The notes under the pieces are model-generated. The model worked only from the letters and a program-made list of their open reading frames with translations. It made no database searches and had not been told where the DNA came from. Position numbers and translations under genes: made by a program. Shown piece after piece: positions 26,196 to 37,308 of a stretch of DNA of 64,000 nt. The first letter of the stretch is position 1; the number at the start of each line of letters is the position of its first letter. The DNA comes from Narcine bancroftii (lineage: Eukaryota): contig NC_091473.1 in assembly GCF_036971445.1 (NCBI RefSeq), positions 87,420,001 through 87,484,000 on the forward strand. Reading direction: 5' to 3'.

Positions 26196-28054
26196 GCAGA
26201 ACCTCTGCCTACATTAATTTATGAAAAATTATTTTGATTTAACAAGTGACAAGCCACAGTCTTGAAATGTGAAAGAAAAATTCCATAAAAGCAAATGAAA
26301 GTCTAATATTATGAAGTGGGTGCGTGGTTTCTGACATCCATCCTTGCCCAGCACAAGATAGGCTAAGAAAAGCACCCTCTCTCTTAACTTTGTGGATGAT
26401 GTCAAATTGTGTCCTGTAGATAACACAAAGGAAGTATGTGACAAACTACATGACATTATTTACATTCTTGCAGAATACTATCAAACTTGCAAATGCATTA
26501 GTGTGTACATGTGCATAATTAACAAATGAAAGAAGACCAGGCACTACTTGGATAATAAGAGTCTGAACAGCAAGGAAGGCCAAAAAAAAATGGTTAAAAC
26601 AAATACTGGGGTTATACGGAATACTGAAAAGCAGAAGAAAAATGCATCAATTATGATTACATCACATTAGCAATACAGGCAAAACATACTCATCAGGAAA
26701 AGACAGAATACACCAAGCTTCTTTTCTCCAGACTAGATAATGCCACAGGTGACTTGATAGGTGGAAATGGGCAGGTACAGAGAAAGAATTTCCACTAACG
26801 TGAAAGTTAAGACAAGGAGCAAGAATGTATACAAGAAGGAAGCTTAATAATTAAGTCAAAAGAAAGTAATAGATTTGGATGAAGAAGAAGAAAATTTGAA
26901 GGAGTATAACAGAAACAAAGTCTGGCACAGATCAGTTGCACTGTCGACCCAACTTATCCACCCCCCAACAATGCAAAAAGTCAAGAATTAAACAGGGCAA
27001 GAGCATACATACATCTCCATGTTCTTTTAAAAAAATAAAATGCCAGACTGTAAAAAGAAAGGGAGAAAGAAAAAACAAGCTGAATTGTTAGATGAGGCTG
27101 TTTAAAAGTTTAAAACCCCTGTAAAATTGCAGAAGGATGGAAACTTTCTCCAATTCGGCTTTTGAACATCTAATACTGAATACCGTCATCATGCATTTTG
27201 CTTAACGTTAAAATACAATTTTTATTTAAATGCAGCTGTTGCTAACCCAAAATGAAAACAGAACACAGTGGAAACACTCAGGTTAGGCCACATCGGTGGA
27301 AGGAGAAATAATATTAACTTTTCAGGTCAGCCTTGTTCCAGAACTGGAAATGCAATAAAAATGTGGTTTGAAGTTGCAGAGAAGGTAGCAGGAGAGACTG
27401 AATGATCCACCCACCAACATAAAACCATTCCCCCCTCCCAACCTTTGCTTTCTTTGTTCTCTTAAAGGACAAATAATCTGAAACTTTATCCTTGTTATTT
27501 TTTAGATCTATTGTCAAGTCATGAAATTCTTTGTTTTGTGGCAGCATCATAAAGCAAACATACATATTATAACCATCTTACAACATTACTATAAAAAATA
27601 AAATATTAACAATAATAGGGTGCGAAAGTAAGACAGCAACTTTGGTTCATTGAATGTTCAGGATCCTGATGGCAGCTGGGAAGAGTGCCGCTTTAGAATT
27701 TGCCTGACCTGCAGTTTTTCAGTATTTTCTGGTTTAGCTCAGTTTAACATTATTGTGTAGACCAAGACTGACACTTCTGAATAAACCTTCCACCAAGAAA
27801 TTCTTTACTATTCAATAACAAACATCCCAAGATGTTTTAAGTTATACTGTCAATTAATAGCAGACAAGAATAGTTTTAGCTTGTTATTATCTTCCATTTC
27901 AGATTTCCAGCATCTGTATCTTTTTTGTTTTCACTCTCTGGGAAAGGGAGTTTGAGTTGCAGGATACTAAACTTACTGGAATTCAGAAAAAAATTAGGGG
28001 AGATCTTGTAGAAGCACAGTATTAGAGCAATTTAAATGGGAGCTTGATGGTTGG

Positions 28055-28450
28055 GACAGACTCTGTAGGTCGAAGGATCTTTTCTATGCTCCATGATTCT
28101 TTATAGAGGCAAACAGGAAGTAAATTTCTATCAATTTTATTAAAGAGCATGGAGAGGTACAGTGAAATAGGATTAGGGTTGGACAGACTGGAAGGGTCAG
28201 ACATCTGTCACCAGTGTTGACTCACCACTGGCTCAATTTAATTAAAATGGAGTTCAAGAATTAGTCAAGAGAATGACATTTAAAGTGCAAGAAGAACATG
28301 CTGAACCATAGTGAGAGTAGAGGAGAAAATGGCTTTCTTTGGGTTAAAATTAAATTCTGTTTAAAAAAAAACAATCAAGATGGGGAGCAGAAATTATTGT
28401 AGAAAATTACTACAATCAGAGTGTCTGCAGACTTGTTTCACTCAAAGCAG
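28055..28450 (+). repeat. Copy 2 of the ~400-bp local direct duplication
   Basis: Shared blocks: gaggcaaacagg, caattttattaaagag, gaaataggatta, gactggaagggtca, aaatggagttcaa, ctgcagacttg. Confidence 0.75.
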
Positions 28451-28729
28451 AAGTGATTAAACAGCAAGGTGATTTCAAGTGCTGCAGCCTTTTGGTTTTG
28501 GAAGATGGCTTTTAACATTTCTCTGCAAGACTGGGATATCATCATTGCATTTTCAATGTTAGTGCTGAATGCATGAGCTGTGTTTTCAACTGACATGGAC
28601 AGTTTAATTGGTTGCTTCTTCCCATTGGATGATGTTCTGCCAATGGAGAATCCAAGGACAGAAGGGGAGCTCAGATAGACCAGCATCTGATTTCCACCCC
28701 TACCCTTTTTCAATCCAGAACGTGCCAAC

Positions 28730-31700
28730 AAGAATACAAGAAATGGAAGCAGCAGTCAGCTATCTGGTCCACTGAGCCTGCTGTGTCATTCATTAAGATC
28801 ACAGCTAATCTGGCTGTGAACTCAGCTCCACATACCTGCCTCTTCCATATAACCCTTAAATTCCCTATATGCAGAAATCTAACTGTTTCTTAAGTATGTT
28901 TACTGAGGTAGCCTCGACTGCTTCCTTGGGCAGAGAATTCCAGAGATTCATCACTCTCTGGGAAAGGAAGTTTGAGTTGCAGGATACTAAACTTACTGGA
29001 ATTCAGAAAAAATTAGGGGAGAAGCATATAACATTATGAAAGGGATAGATGAGATAGAGACAGGAAAGTTGTTTCCATTGGTAAGTGAGACTAGAGGCCT
29101 TTTCACATTGGCAACCCACTAAATTGGCATGTGAATGGCATGTTTTGAAATACCGTTCACACTGGACCAAGAAAAGCTGCTCACACTCAAGCCGATTCGA
29201 AACAGGTCAGCTCTGATACAACCTCCCAAGGTGTTAAGTCCCCGGTGGATTTGGACCCCCTACCCTACCCCATACTGGTTTGGGGGCATTCACACTGATA
29301 GGTGAACTGGTAAATTGCCAGTTAATTCCTGCTTTCAAGTGCCAGTGTGAAAGGGGCTTCAATCCCTGCTCATTGGCTAACCCACTCACCATTGGAATCA
29401 ACTGGTGATCCTCCTCTGCAATGCTTCCAAAACCAGTATATCCTTTCTCAAACAAGGAGACCAGAACTGCACACACTGCTCCAGGTGCAGCCTCACCAGT
29501 ACCCTGTACACTTGCAGCAGAACCTCTGAGGTCTTGAATTCAATCCCTCCATCAATGAAGGCCAACATCCCCTTTGTCTTCTTGATTACCTGTTACACCT
29601 GCAAACCAATTGATTCAACACAGCACAAGTACAATTCCCTCTGCACAATAGCATGCTGCAATCTTTCACCATTTAAATAATAATCTGATTTATTATTTTT
29701 TTCTTCCAAAGGAGATGACCTTGCATTTACCAACATTGTACTCCATCTGGCAGACCTTTGCTCACTCACTTAACCCTATATCTATCTGCAGAATTTGCTT
29801 TTCTACTCACTATAGTGTCATCAGTAAACTTAGATGCACTCTGTACCCTCTTTCAAATCAATTTACATCATGAATACTTATGGGGCTAGCATTAACCCAT
29901 GTTACACTCTTCTCATCACTGATTGCCACTTGAGAAACACCTATTAATCCCAATTCTTTGCCTTCTATTGGTTAATCTATCTTCTACTCATGCTACTACA
30001 TTATTCCCAACTCCATACATCCTTATCTTATAGACAAATCTTTTATGGGGGCACCTCAATGAACTGTGCTCATTATCTCCTCAAAGAACTCCAATAAATT
30101 TGCCCAACATGATCTGACCATGCTGGGTCTGCCTGATAGAGAACAATTGCTATCCAGATGTCTCACTATGTCTTCCTTCATGTTAGGTTCAAGAATTTTC
30201 CCTCCATAGACATTCAGCTAACTGCCCTATAGTTACCGGACTATTGTCTATATCCTTATTGAAGCATAATAGCGAAACTCTTCCGCACTCTTCCTAATGC
30301 AACCACATCCTTCCTGCAATGTGGTGACCAGAACTGTTCACAATACTTCAAATGCAGCATGAAACATATTTTGGTCTATGATGAATGATTATAGAATTAT
30401 GATGAATGCCTTCACCCTTTTCACCTGTGTCTCCATTTTCAAGGAGCTATAAACTTGCACCTCAAGGTCCCTCATTCTTGAAGTCCATGGTATTTACTGG
30501 ACATGTCCAATTAGTATTTGAAATCCCAAAATGTATTATGCCACACTTGTTTGGATTAAATTCCACTGTCACTCCACCCATCTTTCTAACTTTACAAGTA
30601 ATCTTGTCAGATGAAAATGTCCTTACCTCAAATCTCTCTGCTACATTTAGTTTCATAATCTCTCAAAGTCGAGATACACAAAATAAATTTCCTTGACCCA
30701 CTATTCAACAGATTTATAAATGTAATAGATCAAAAACCATATATTGTGTATCATCTCTCCTTAATCTCTGTATTGTATTGGACACAATCGACATGGTAGC
30801 CTTTACAAAGTATTCTTCTCATTGGGACTATATTTAGTTTCAATTCTGCTTATTCAAACTCAGCGTCTCCAGCACTTCTCATGTTCCCCAAGCATCCTTC
30901 TTTCTTTTTTACAGATTCTATACCATAGTGTTATCAACTTAAGAAGTTGCCTGAAATTGAGGGCCTTACTTACAAGGAGAGATTGGATTGGCTGAGTTTA
31001 TTCTTAATGGAACATGGAAGGATGAAGGACACATTATATAGGTACATAAAATTATGAAGGGCACAGAGATAGCAGAAAATCAGTTTTTTTTTCCTCCTGT
31101 GGTGGGGGACAGGGGGAGCATCTAAAACGAGAGGGCACAGGTGACAGAGGAGAAATTCACAGGAGAACTGCGGGGCACAATTTTCGCAAAAAGGATGGTG
31201 ATTGTTATGCTTGTCCTTTCAATAAGAACAACTTTACGTGGGTTTCACACTCCTGTTACTATTGTCACAGATTTTTCTCTGTACATGTTGATGTTGGAGA
31301 GTACAGAGAAGATTTACCAAGATGATTCCTGGAATGCAATGGCTAACATATGAGGAATGTTTAGCGGCTCTTGGACTGCATTCATTGGAATATAGAAGAA
31401 TGAGAGGGGATCTCATAGAAATATTTTGAATGGTGAAAGGATTGGACAGAGTAAATGTGAATAGGATGTTTCCCATGGTGGGCGAGACCAGGACAAGAGG
31501 GCACGGTCTTAGAATTAGAAGGTGCCCATTTAAAACAGAGATAAGGAAAAATGTCTTTAGCCAGTGGGTCATGGATTAGTGGAATTCGTTGCCACATACA
31601 GCTGTGGAGGTCTGATCATTGGGGGAGTTTAAGGAGGAGATTGTCGGTTTCTAATGAGTCAGTATCAGGAGATATGGGGAAAAGTCTGGAATTTGGAAGC

Positions 31701-31790
31701 AGATGTGAGAACAGTATTTCTCAGGATAGAGTTGCAGAGCTGACTTGATGGGCCAAATGGCCTACTTCTGTTCCTTTATCTTGTGATTCA
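28730..31790. mobile_element. Mosaic of decayed CR1 fragments (minus 28730-28965 and 29360-30600; plus 28970-29095, 30950-31200 and 31290-31790)
   Basis: Recognisable CR1 C-terminal and 3' UTR sequence in both orientations. Confidence 0.7.
29095..29358. mobile_element. Probable PIF/Harbinger-type MITE
   Basis: Terminal inverted repeats aggccttttcacattggca / tgccagtgtgaaaggggct and internal ttcacactg repeats. The TSD is not clear. Confidence 0.6.
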
Positions 31791-32047
31791 CACAGCTTTG
31801 TTCAGAACTAGATACAAAGTAGCTAGGATGTGATCTGCCAATATGACCAGTGAATACAAAAAGTGCAAAGATTGCAACTGGCTAATATCATCTCCTTTCA
31901 ATTAAAACATTACAACAGAATTTCTTCAAAAAACATTTTGTAGAGCTTCCAAAACCCAGCAAGTTTACAGACTTTCACTAAATAAAATAGGGGAAATTAA
32001 GTCAGGTTGATAGAAAATATAACTGCAACAGTCTCAGATGGATGTCT

Positions 32048-32742
32048 CTAGTGCTTTGCCTCCTGTTGCCTCCAGGTACATTCAGTTCCGGTTGCCCCAG
32101 TATTTCCATTGACATTTGACCTGGACGTGAGCTCGAAGGAGAAACATTTGATTAGCTTCCTAATTTCTTCCATGTAGTTGAATGGCTGTCACTCATGTTG
32201 GATAGGTCATTGTAGGAGTGACTAAAGCCTGGATCCTTCTGCTTGTGTTTCTTCCTGACAAAAGATTTGTGCCACTTTGGAGAAAGCCAATTTTGTGATC
32301 TGTTAAACTTCTCATTTCAAGTGCTCCCATTGATCCTGTTTCAGATTCAACATCATTTCCAATCCTCCGTAGGGTTTTATCCTGACCCTTACTCAAGACC
32401 ATCTGCATTTTTCCTTTGTTTCTTTGCTAGCTCTGAATATTTCAATCTTTAGTTGCCCAAGCTCCGCTTCATCCTATGAAACTGGTTGGAAGGATCCCGA
32501 CTAAGGCTCTCAAAAGTCCCTGCAGAATCTTGTCTCACTTTCAATATCTGATCATGGATCAAAGATGGAACCAGTGGTTTGATCATCTGTGTCAATTTGA
32601 TTAAGTGGCTCTCTTGAAGCAGTTTGTACAAGTGACTCCATTGATGATGATGAGAAAAGTGATTCTTTTGAAGAAGCACAAAATAAAGATTCCATCGTTG
32701 GAACACTAAGTTGAGGTTTCTGGGCAATTGGAGAAAGCACTA
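32048..32742 (-). pseudogene. C2CD2L: C2CD2L/TMEM24-like pseudogene fragment (C-terminal region, frameshifted, no intron visible)
   Basis: Translation across two frameshifts gives [29 protein letters not shown] / [20 protein letters not shown] / RKLIKCFSF..NGN. This matches the recalled C2CD2L C-terminus ([55 protein letters not shown]..NGN). The firm match is 32048-32354; the upstream part is unassigned. Confidence 0.8.
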
Positions 32743-33133
32743 AAATAATGTGGAGGATGGGGATGACTTGTGTGGTGTTCTAGATAGGTTTGTCCCACTA
32801 AGACAGGGAAAGGATGATAGGGGAAAGGGAACTATGGATGATAAAACAGGTGAGGCAGGTAGTTAAGGGGTAAAAGGAAGCAGATATTAGATTTATGAAG
32901 CAAAAAACAAGAAGGACATAAAAATTATATTGTAGCCAGGTAGGATTTTAAGAAAGGTCTTAGGAGAGTTTCAAGGAGGCATGAGAAGGCCTTGGCCAGT
33001 AGGATTAAGAACTCCAAGGTGTTCTATGCGTATGTGAAGAGTAGAAGTATGATGAGAATTAAGGGTCACTTAAGGATAAAGGAGGCAACATGTTCCTAGA
33101 GGCAGAGGAGGTTGGGGAGGTCCTAAGTGACTA

Positions 33134-33426
33134 CAGGTAGTCCTTGACTTCCAACCTATGCAAGTTATGTCCACCCGCACATACGACCAAAAATCATTTT
33201 TAAAAAAATCTTTATTAAAACTACAGTTCAAGTTCATATTTTGTATTAAAAGTACTGTATACAGTGGTCCCTCCTCCTGGCAGCAGCCCAAAGTCCCCAT
33301 TCCTCATAGCAGCATACAAGGCCCCCTCTCCCAGAGGCAGCCCGAGGTCCCCGTTCCCCAACTTAACCAAACCCGAGCTACAACCAATCCCTCCGTCCCC
33401 ATAATGGTCATGTCAGGGACTACCTG
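33134..33426. mobile_element. Tc1/mariner (Tigger/pogo-like) MITE
   Basis: TIRs CAGGTAGTCCTTGAC...GTCAGGGACTACCTG flanked by TA on both sides. Confidence 0.85.
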
Positions 33427-33821
33427 TACTTTGCTTCAGTATTCAATAGAGAAAAGGACCTTGGTCAAGATGAGGTCAAAATTGAACAATTTTGTATGGT
33501 GAACCATGTTGAGATTAGGAAAGAGGAAGATTGATAAGTCCCCAGGGCCAGATGAGATATACCCTAGATTGCTGTGGGAAGGGAGAGAAGAGATAGCTGG
33601 AGCATTGGCTATGATATTTGCACCCTCCTTGGCCACAGGGGAAGAGCCGGAGGATTGGAGAATGGCAAATGTGGTCCACTTGTTTAAAAAAGGTAATTTG
33701 GAGAATCCTGGGAATTATAGACCAGTGAGTCTTATGTTAGTGGTGTGCGAACTATTGGAGAGGATTCTTAAGGACAGACTTCTGGGACCCCTGCTCTTTG
33801 TGATTTTTATAAGACCTAGAT

Positions 33822-33956
33822 CAGTAGTTTTAAAGCTGCCCCTCCCCCCAACTCACATTCCACCTTAAGAAATCCCTTACTAATCACAGAACACCTATTG
33901 CATAATGACTGCTTAAGGTGGAATGTGAGTTTAGGGGGGCAGTTTGAAAACCACTG
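33822..33956. mobile_element. Single palindromic hAT MITE related to the units at 11064-11431
   Basis: CAGTAGTTTTAAA...TTTGAAAACCACTG ends and the shared core aatcccttactaatcacaga. It interrupts CR1 coding sequence. Confidence 0.8.
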
Positions 33957-34919
33957 ACTTCAATGAAGAAGTGGAAGGATGGGTCAGTGAGTTTGCAGAT
34001 GATACGAAGGTTGGAGGAGTAATGGATACTGTTGAGAGTTGCCATATGTTACAAAAGGATATAGAAAAGATGCAGAGTTTGGTGGGAAAATGGCAGATGG
34101 ATTTCAATCTGGATAAGTTGAGGGGATGCATTTTGGAAGGTCAAACCTGAAGGCTCAGTACCAATGGTCGGATGCTTACCAGTGAGGAAAAACAAAAAGA
34201 CCTTGGGTCCAAATCCATACATCTCTCAAAGAAGGCATATGGGATGCTGGGCTTCATAAATCAGGAGATTGAGTTCAGGAGTTGAGAGGTCATGTTGCAA
34301 CTCAAAAAATTCTCTAGTGAGACCACACTTGGAATATTGTATTCAGTTCTGGCCATCTCATTATAGGAAAGATATGGAAGTTATGGAGATGGTTCAGAGG
34401 AGATTTACCAAGATGTGGCCTGGATTAGAAAACAAGTCTTATGAGGAGAGGTTATGAGAGCTATGACATTTCTTTCTGGAGCGAAGAAGGATGAGAGATG
34501 ATTTAATAAAGGTCTACAAGATTCTGAAAGGCATAGATAAGGAGACAGCCAGCTTTTTTTCCCCCCCCCCAGGGCAGGAATAGCAAACACCAAGGGACAT
34601 TTGTACAAAGTGAAGAGATGAAAGATTAGGGGACACATCAAGGTAAACATTTTTTTTTAACCAGAGAGTTGTGGGTGTCTGGAATGCCTTCCCAAGGGTG
34701 GTGATGGAGGATGAAACATTGGGAGCATTTAAGAGACTCTTAGACAGGCATATGAATGAAAGAAAGATAGAGGATTATGAGATGGGAAAGTTATAGTTTT
34801 TTTGGTAAGAATACATAGGTTGGCACAACATCGAGGGCTGAAGAGCCTGTACTGTGCTGTAATGTTCTATGTTCTATGATCTTTACAAAGTCTAATAAAA
34901 AGGCAAGTCACTAGTACAA

Positions 34920-35270
34920 GACACTGTGGTTGAAGTAAAAGCACAAAATGCTGAAGAAGTTCAGCAGCTCAAACCGTGTCCTTTATGTAACAAAGATAAA
35001 TAACCAAAAATGCTAGCAAGCATCTGAACTAGAGTTGGGGAGAAGGAAGGTGGCAAAAGCAGATGATAAGTGGAGAAAGGAGGGAGGAGACAGCAGCAAT
35101 GAGGGAGAGGAGGGATGACTGGGTGGATGGAGGAATTGGAAAGACAAGAAAAGGGAGAGGGGAAAGAAAAGGCAAGTAGGTTTAGTGGAAAGCAGTAAAG
35201 TCAATGTTAATGCCATCTGGCTGGAGAATGCCCAGATGGAAAATAAGATGTTGTTCCTGCAGTGTAAGGA
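34920..35270 (-). mobile_element. Penelope-like terminal fragment
   Basis: cacaaaatgctgaagaagttcagcag end and ccatctggctggaga..gttgttcc (reverse of an EEQHL..LG.LQP-like motif). Confidence 0.6.
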
Positions 35271-35659
35271 GTTAGGTTGATTAGAAAATAACCAGTTGAT
35301 CTGGATGGCTGGATCTTGTGCTGTAGATCCAATATAATCCTATCACTGGCAGGATGTTTGTAACAAAATTGCAATGTGCCCTCTCTCAAATATAGTGTAC
35401 ATTTTATACACAGGATAAGCTGAGTTACAAAAGGTGATAGGAAATGCAGTAACCTTATGTAAAAAGTCATAACCTTCATTTATTCATTTAGTAACTGGGT
35501 CCATAATGACTGACTAAAAGGATGAGAATGGCTCACTTCAATCCAGTTTTTTGTACTTCCAAGGATAAAAGGGATTCTAACACCAAAAGTCTTTGAATCA
35601 TATCAAATGGAAATAAAAAATGCCCAAAAGTATTCACATACAATATGGTTAATGGTTAA

Positions 35660-35757
35660 TGGTCTGCCTGTCCCGCATCGGACTTGTCAGCCACAAACGA
35701 GCCTGCAGCTGACGTGGACTTTTTACCCCCTCCATAAATCTTCGTCAAGCCAAAGAA
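35660..35757 (+). mobile_element. RTE LINE, extreme 5' truncation (~100 bp of 3' end)
   Basis: Matches the reverse complement of 49815-49915. Flanked by the direct repeat aatggt(t)aatg. Confidence 0.75.
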
Positions 35758-35944
35758 TGGTAATGAATACTGGTCAACAAAGTTAATGGTACACTGCAAT
35801 GCAGCTGGCCATTTTAAATTTGTCCACAGTTTTTTGAAATGTGAAGTGTTCTTTTCCTATTAATAACAAGCTCACCATTATAAAACAAGCCATACAATTA
35901 ACAAATGGAACATGTTTATGTAAGAAGTGATAGACTGTACTTAC

Positions 35945-35977
35945 TATTATATGCTGGTAGGGGTCTATTGAAGCCAT
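35945..35977 (-). CDS. PLA2G4A: Cytosolic phospholipase A2 alpha, first coding exon (MASIDPYQHII)
   Basis: ATG GCT TCA ATA GAC CCC TAC CAG CAT ATA ATA followed directly by a GTAAGT donor. It matches the recalled vertebrate cPLA2-alpha N-terminus MSFIDPYQHII, including the phase-0 intron after codon 11. Confidence 0.9.
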
Positions 35978-36115
35978 TCTCAATTACAGATTAACAGAAT
36001 TCCAGTGTACTTTACAATGTGTTCAAAGGAAGAGTGAAAATAAATCTTTTACTTCAAGTTTCCTCTTCAGAAATGAATAAATTAAACAATCTTCAGCAAA
36101 CATCTATTTTCATTC
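35945..36115 (-). other. PLA2G4A: PLA2G4A exon 2 (5' UTR plus start codon)
   Basis: Acceptor actaattttgctttttctctattacAG|G (branch point, polypyrimidine tract, AG at 36117-36116). Donor GT at 35944-35943. Confidence 0.7.
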
Positions 36116-36974
36116 CTGTAATAGAGAAAAAGCAAAATTAGTGACCATTCAACCAATTGGTCAATCTGTACTAAAAAGTGCAACAGATAAATATTAGTTA
36201 ACAGAATGAAATAGTGCAACCAAGTGAGCGCACCCACCCAGAAAGAACATTTAGCTCTCCATTCAACTGTTATTTATACAACTCCAAATTTTTGTCTCCA
36301 CCCTCACGTTAGAAAGTTTATTTGGCATGTTGTGTTCCTAATGTGCAAAATCCATCAGACATTCATCTCGTTCTTTTTTTTTTAAAATGTTACCAAAACC
36401 TCCCTCAAACACAGTCCAATCATTCTACCATCCCAATCAGCTTGATGAAGTTCTGTTCTACTTTTTATTTTCTCTTTTTTTACTTAAAGTTGACCACCAA
36501 ATTGCTGAAGTTAAAATAAAAGGAAAATCCATTTGCAGAGTCAGGTATGAACCATCCACAGATAGTACCTTTCAAGAGGGGAATATTAATCTTAGAAGAA
36601 TGCATAAAGCCAAACCAAATTTATGGTTACAATTTACAATATATAAATATTACTTCACCACAAACACTTCAGGTACCAGTTGAACTATTCATTCAAAAGG
36701 CAAAATACAAGCACATACACAAATAAATTTAGCATACATCTGTGCAAAATGCGCATAATGAAACAGCTTGCTCTTGTAGACTTCTGTGCTATGTCTTCCA
36801 TCAACATATTTATCAATGAATGATATTTTCTCTGTAAATCCCTTTGAGAAAGTGGGAACGATTCTTGATGCCTTAGTAGTAATATTGGCAAGTTGGGGAA
36901 TTGAGGATTTTAATTGGTGGTTATTAAGTTAATTATGGTTTGTGTCTTACAACAAAGTTAAGTGTATCCAGACT

Positions 36975-37308
36975 GGCAACACTTTTACATAGCCATTGAA
37001 CAGCAGAAAATGTCAGGAAAATTTCTGCTCAGGTGGCAGTGTAAAAATGTCAGGACGTAATTTTTTATGCAAATTCCATTCCGTAATTTTTCCACTCGTA
37101 CCCCCACACTTTTTACAGAGTGTCTGCAATGTAAATTGACCGCAGCCACTCCATAAGAAACAGGCCTAATGAATACAACTTTCCCCCTCCGACAAACTCA
37201 CAAACTCCGCAATACAGAAAGGTTGTGTAAATGACCACACTGGGACACACCGGAGGTAAGTATGCTAATATTTTTCAGAATAATTCCAGTTTCTGTGTAA
37301 AAATGCCA
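36975..37308. mobile_element. Probable Harbinger-type MITE in intron 1
   Basis: Imperfect TIRs tggcaacacttttacatag / ctgtgtaaaaatgcca and internal gtgtaaa repeats. Confidence 0.5.

Larger units (their letters stand above)
32745..34880 (+). mobile_element. Decayed CR1 LINE carrying two MITE insertions
   Basis: KSPGPDEIYPR, NPGNYRPVSL, FADDTKVGG and LVRPHLEYC motifs. It ends in a (ttctatg) tail. Confidence 0.9.

Noticed and set aside
26229-26456. Good minus-strand acceptor (ttatctacag at ~26415) as PLA2G4A exon 3
   Set aside because: None of the three frames gives VEHQYSH-like sequence.
28438-28731. 97-aa minus-strand ORF that looks protein-like
   Set aside because: I recognise no homology, it does not resemble cPLA2, and it lacks a convincing splice-site pair.
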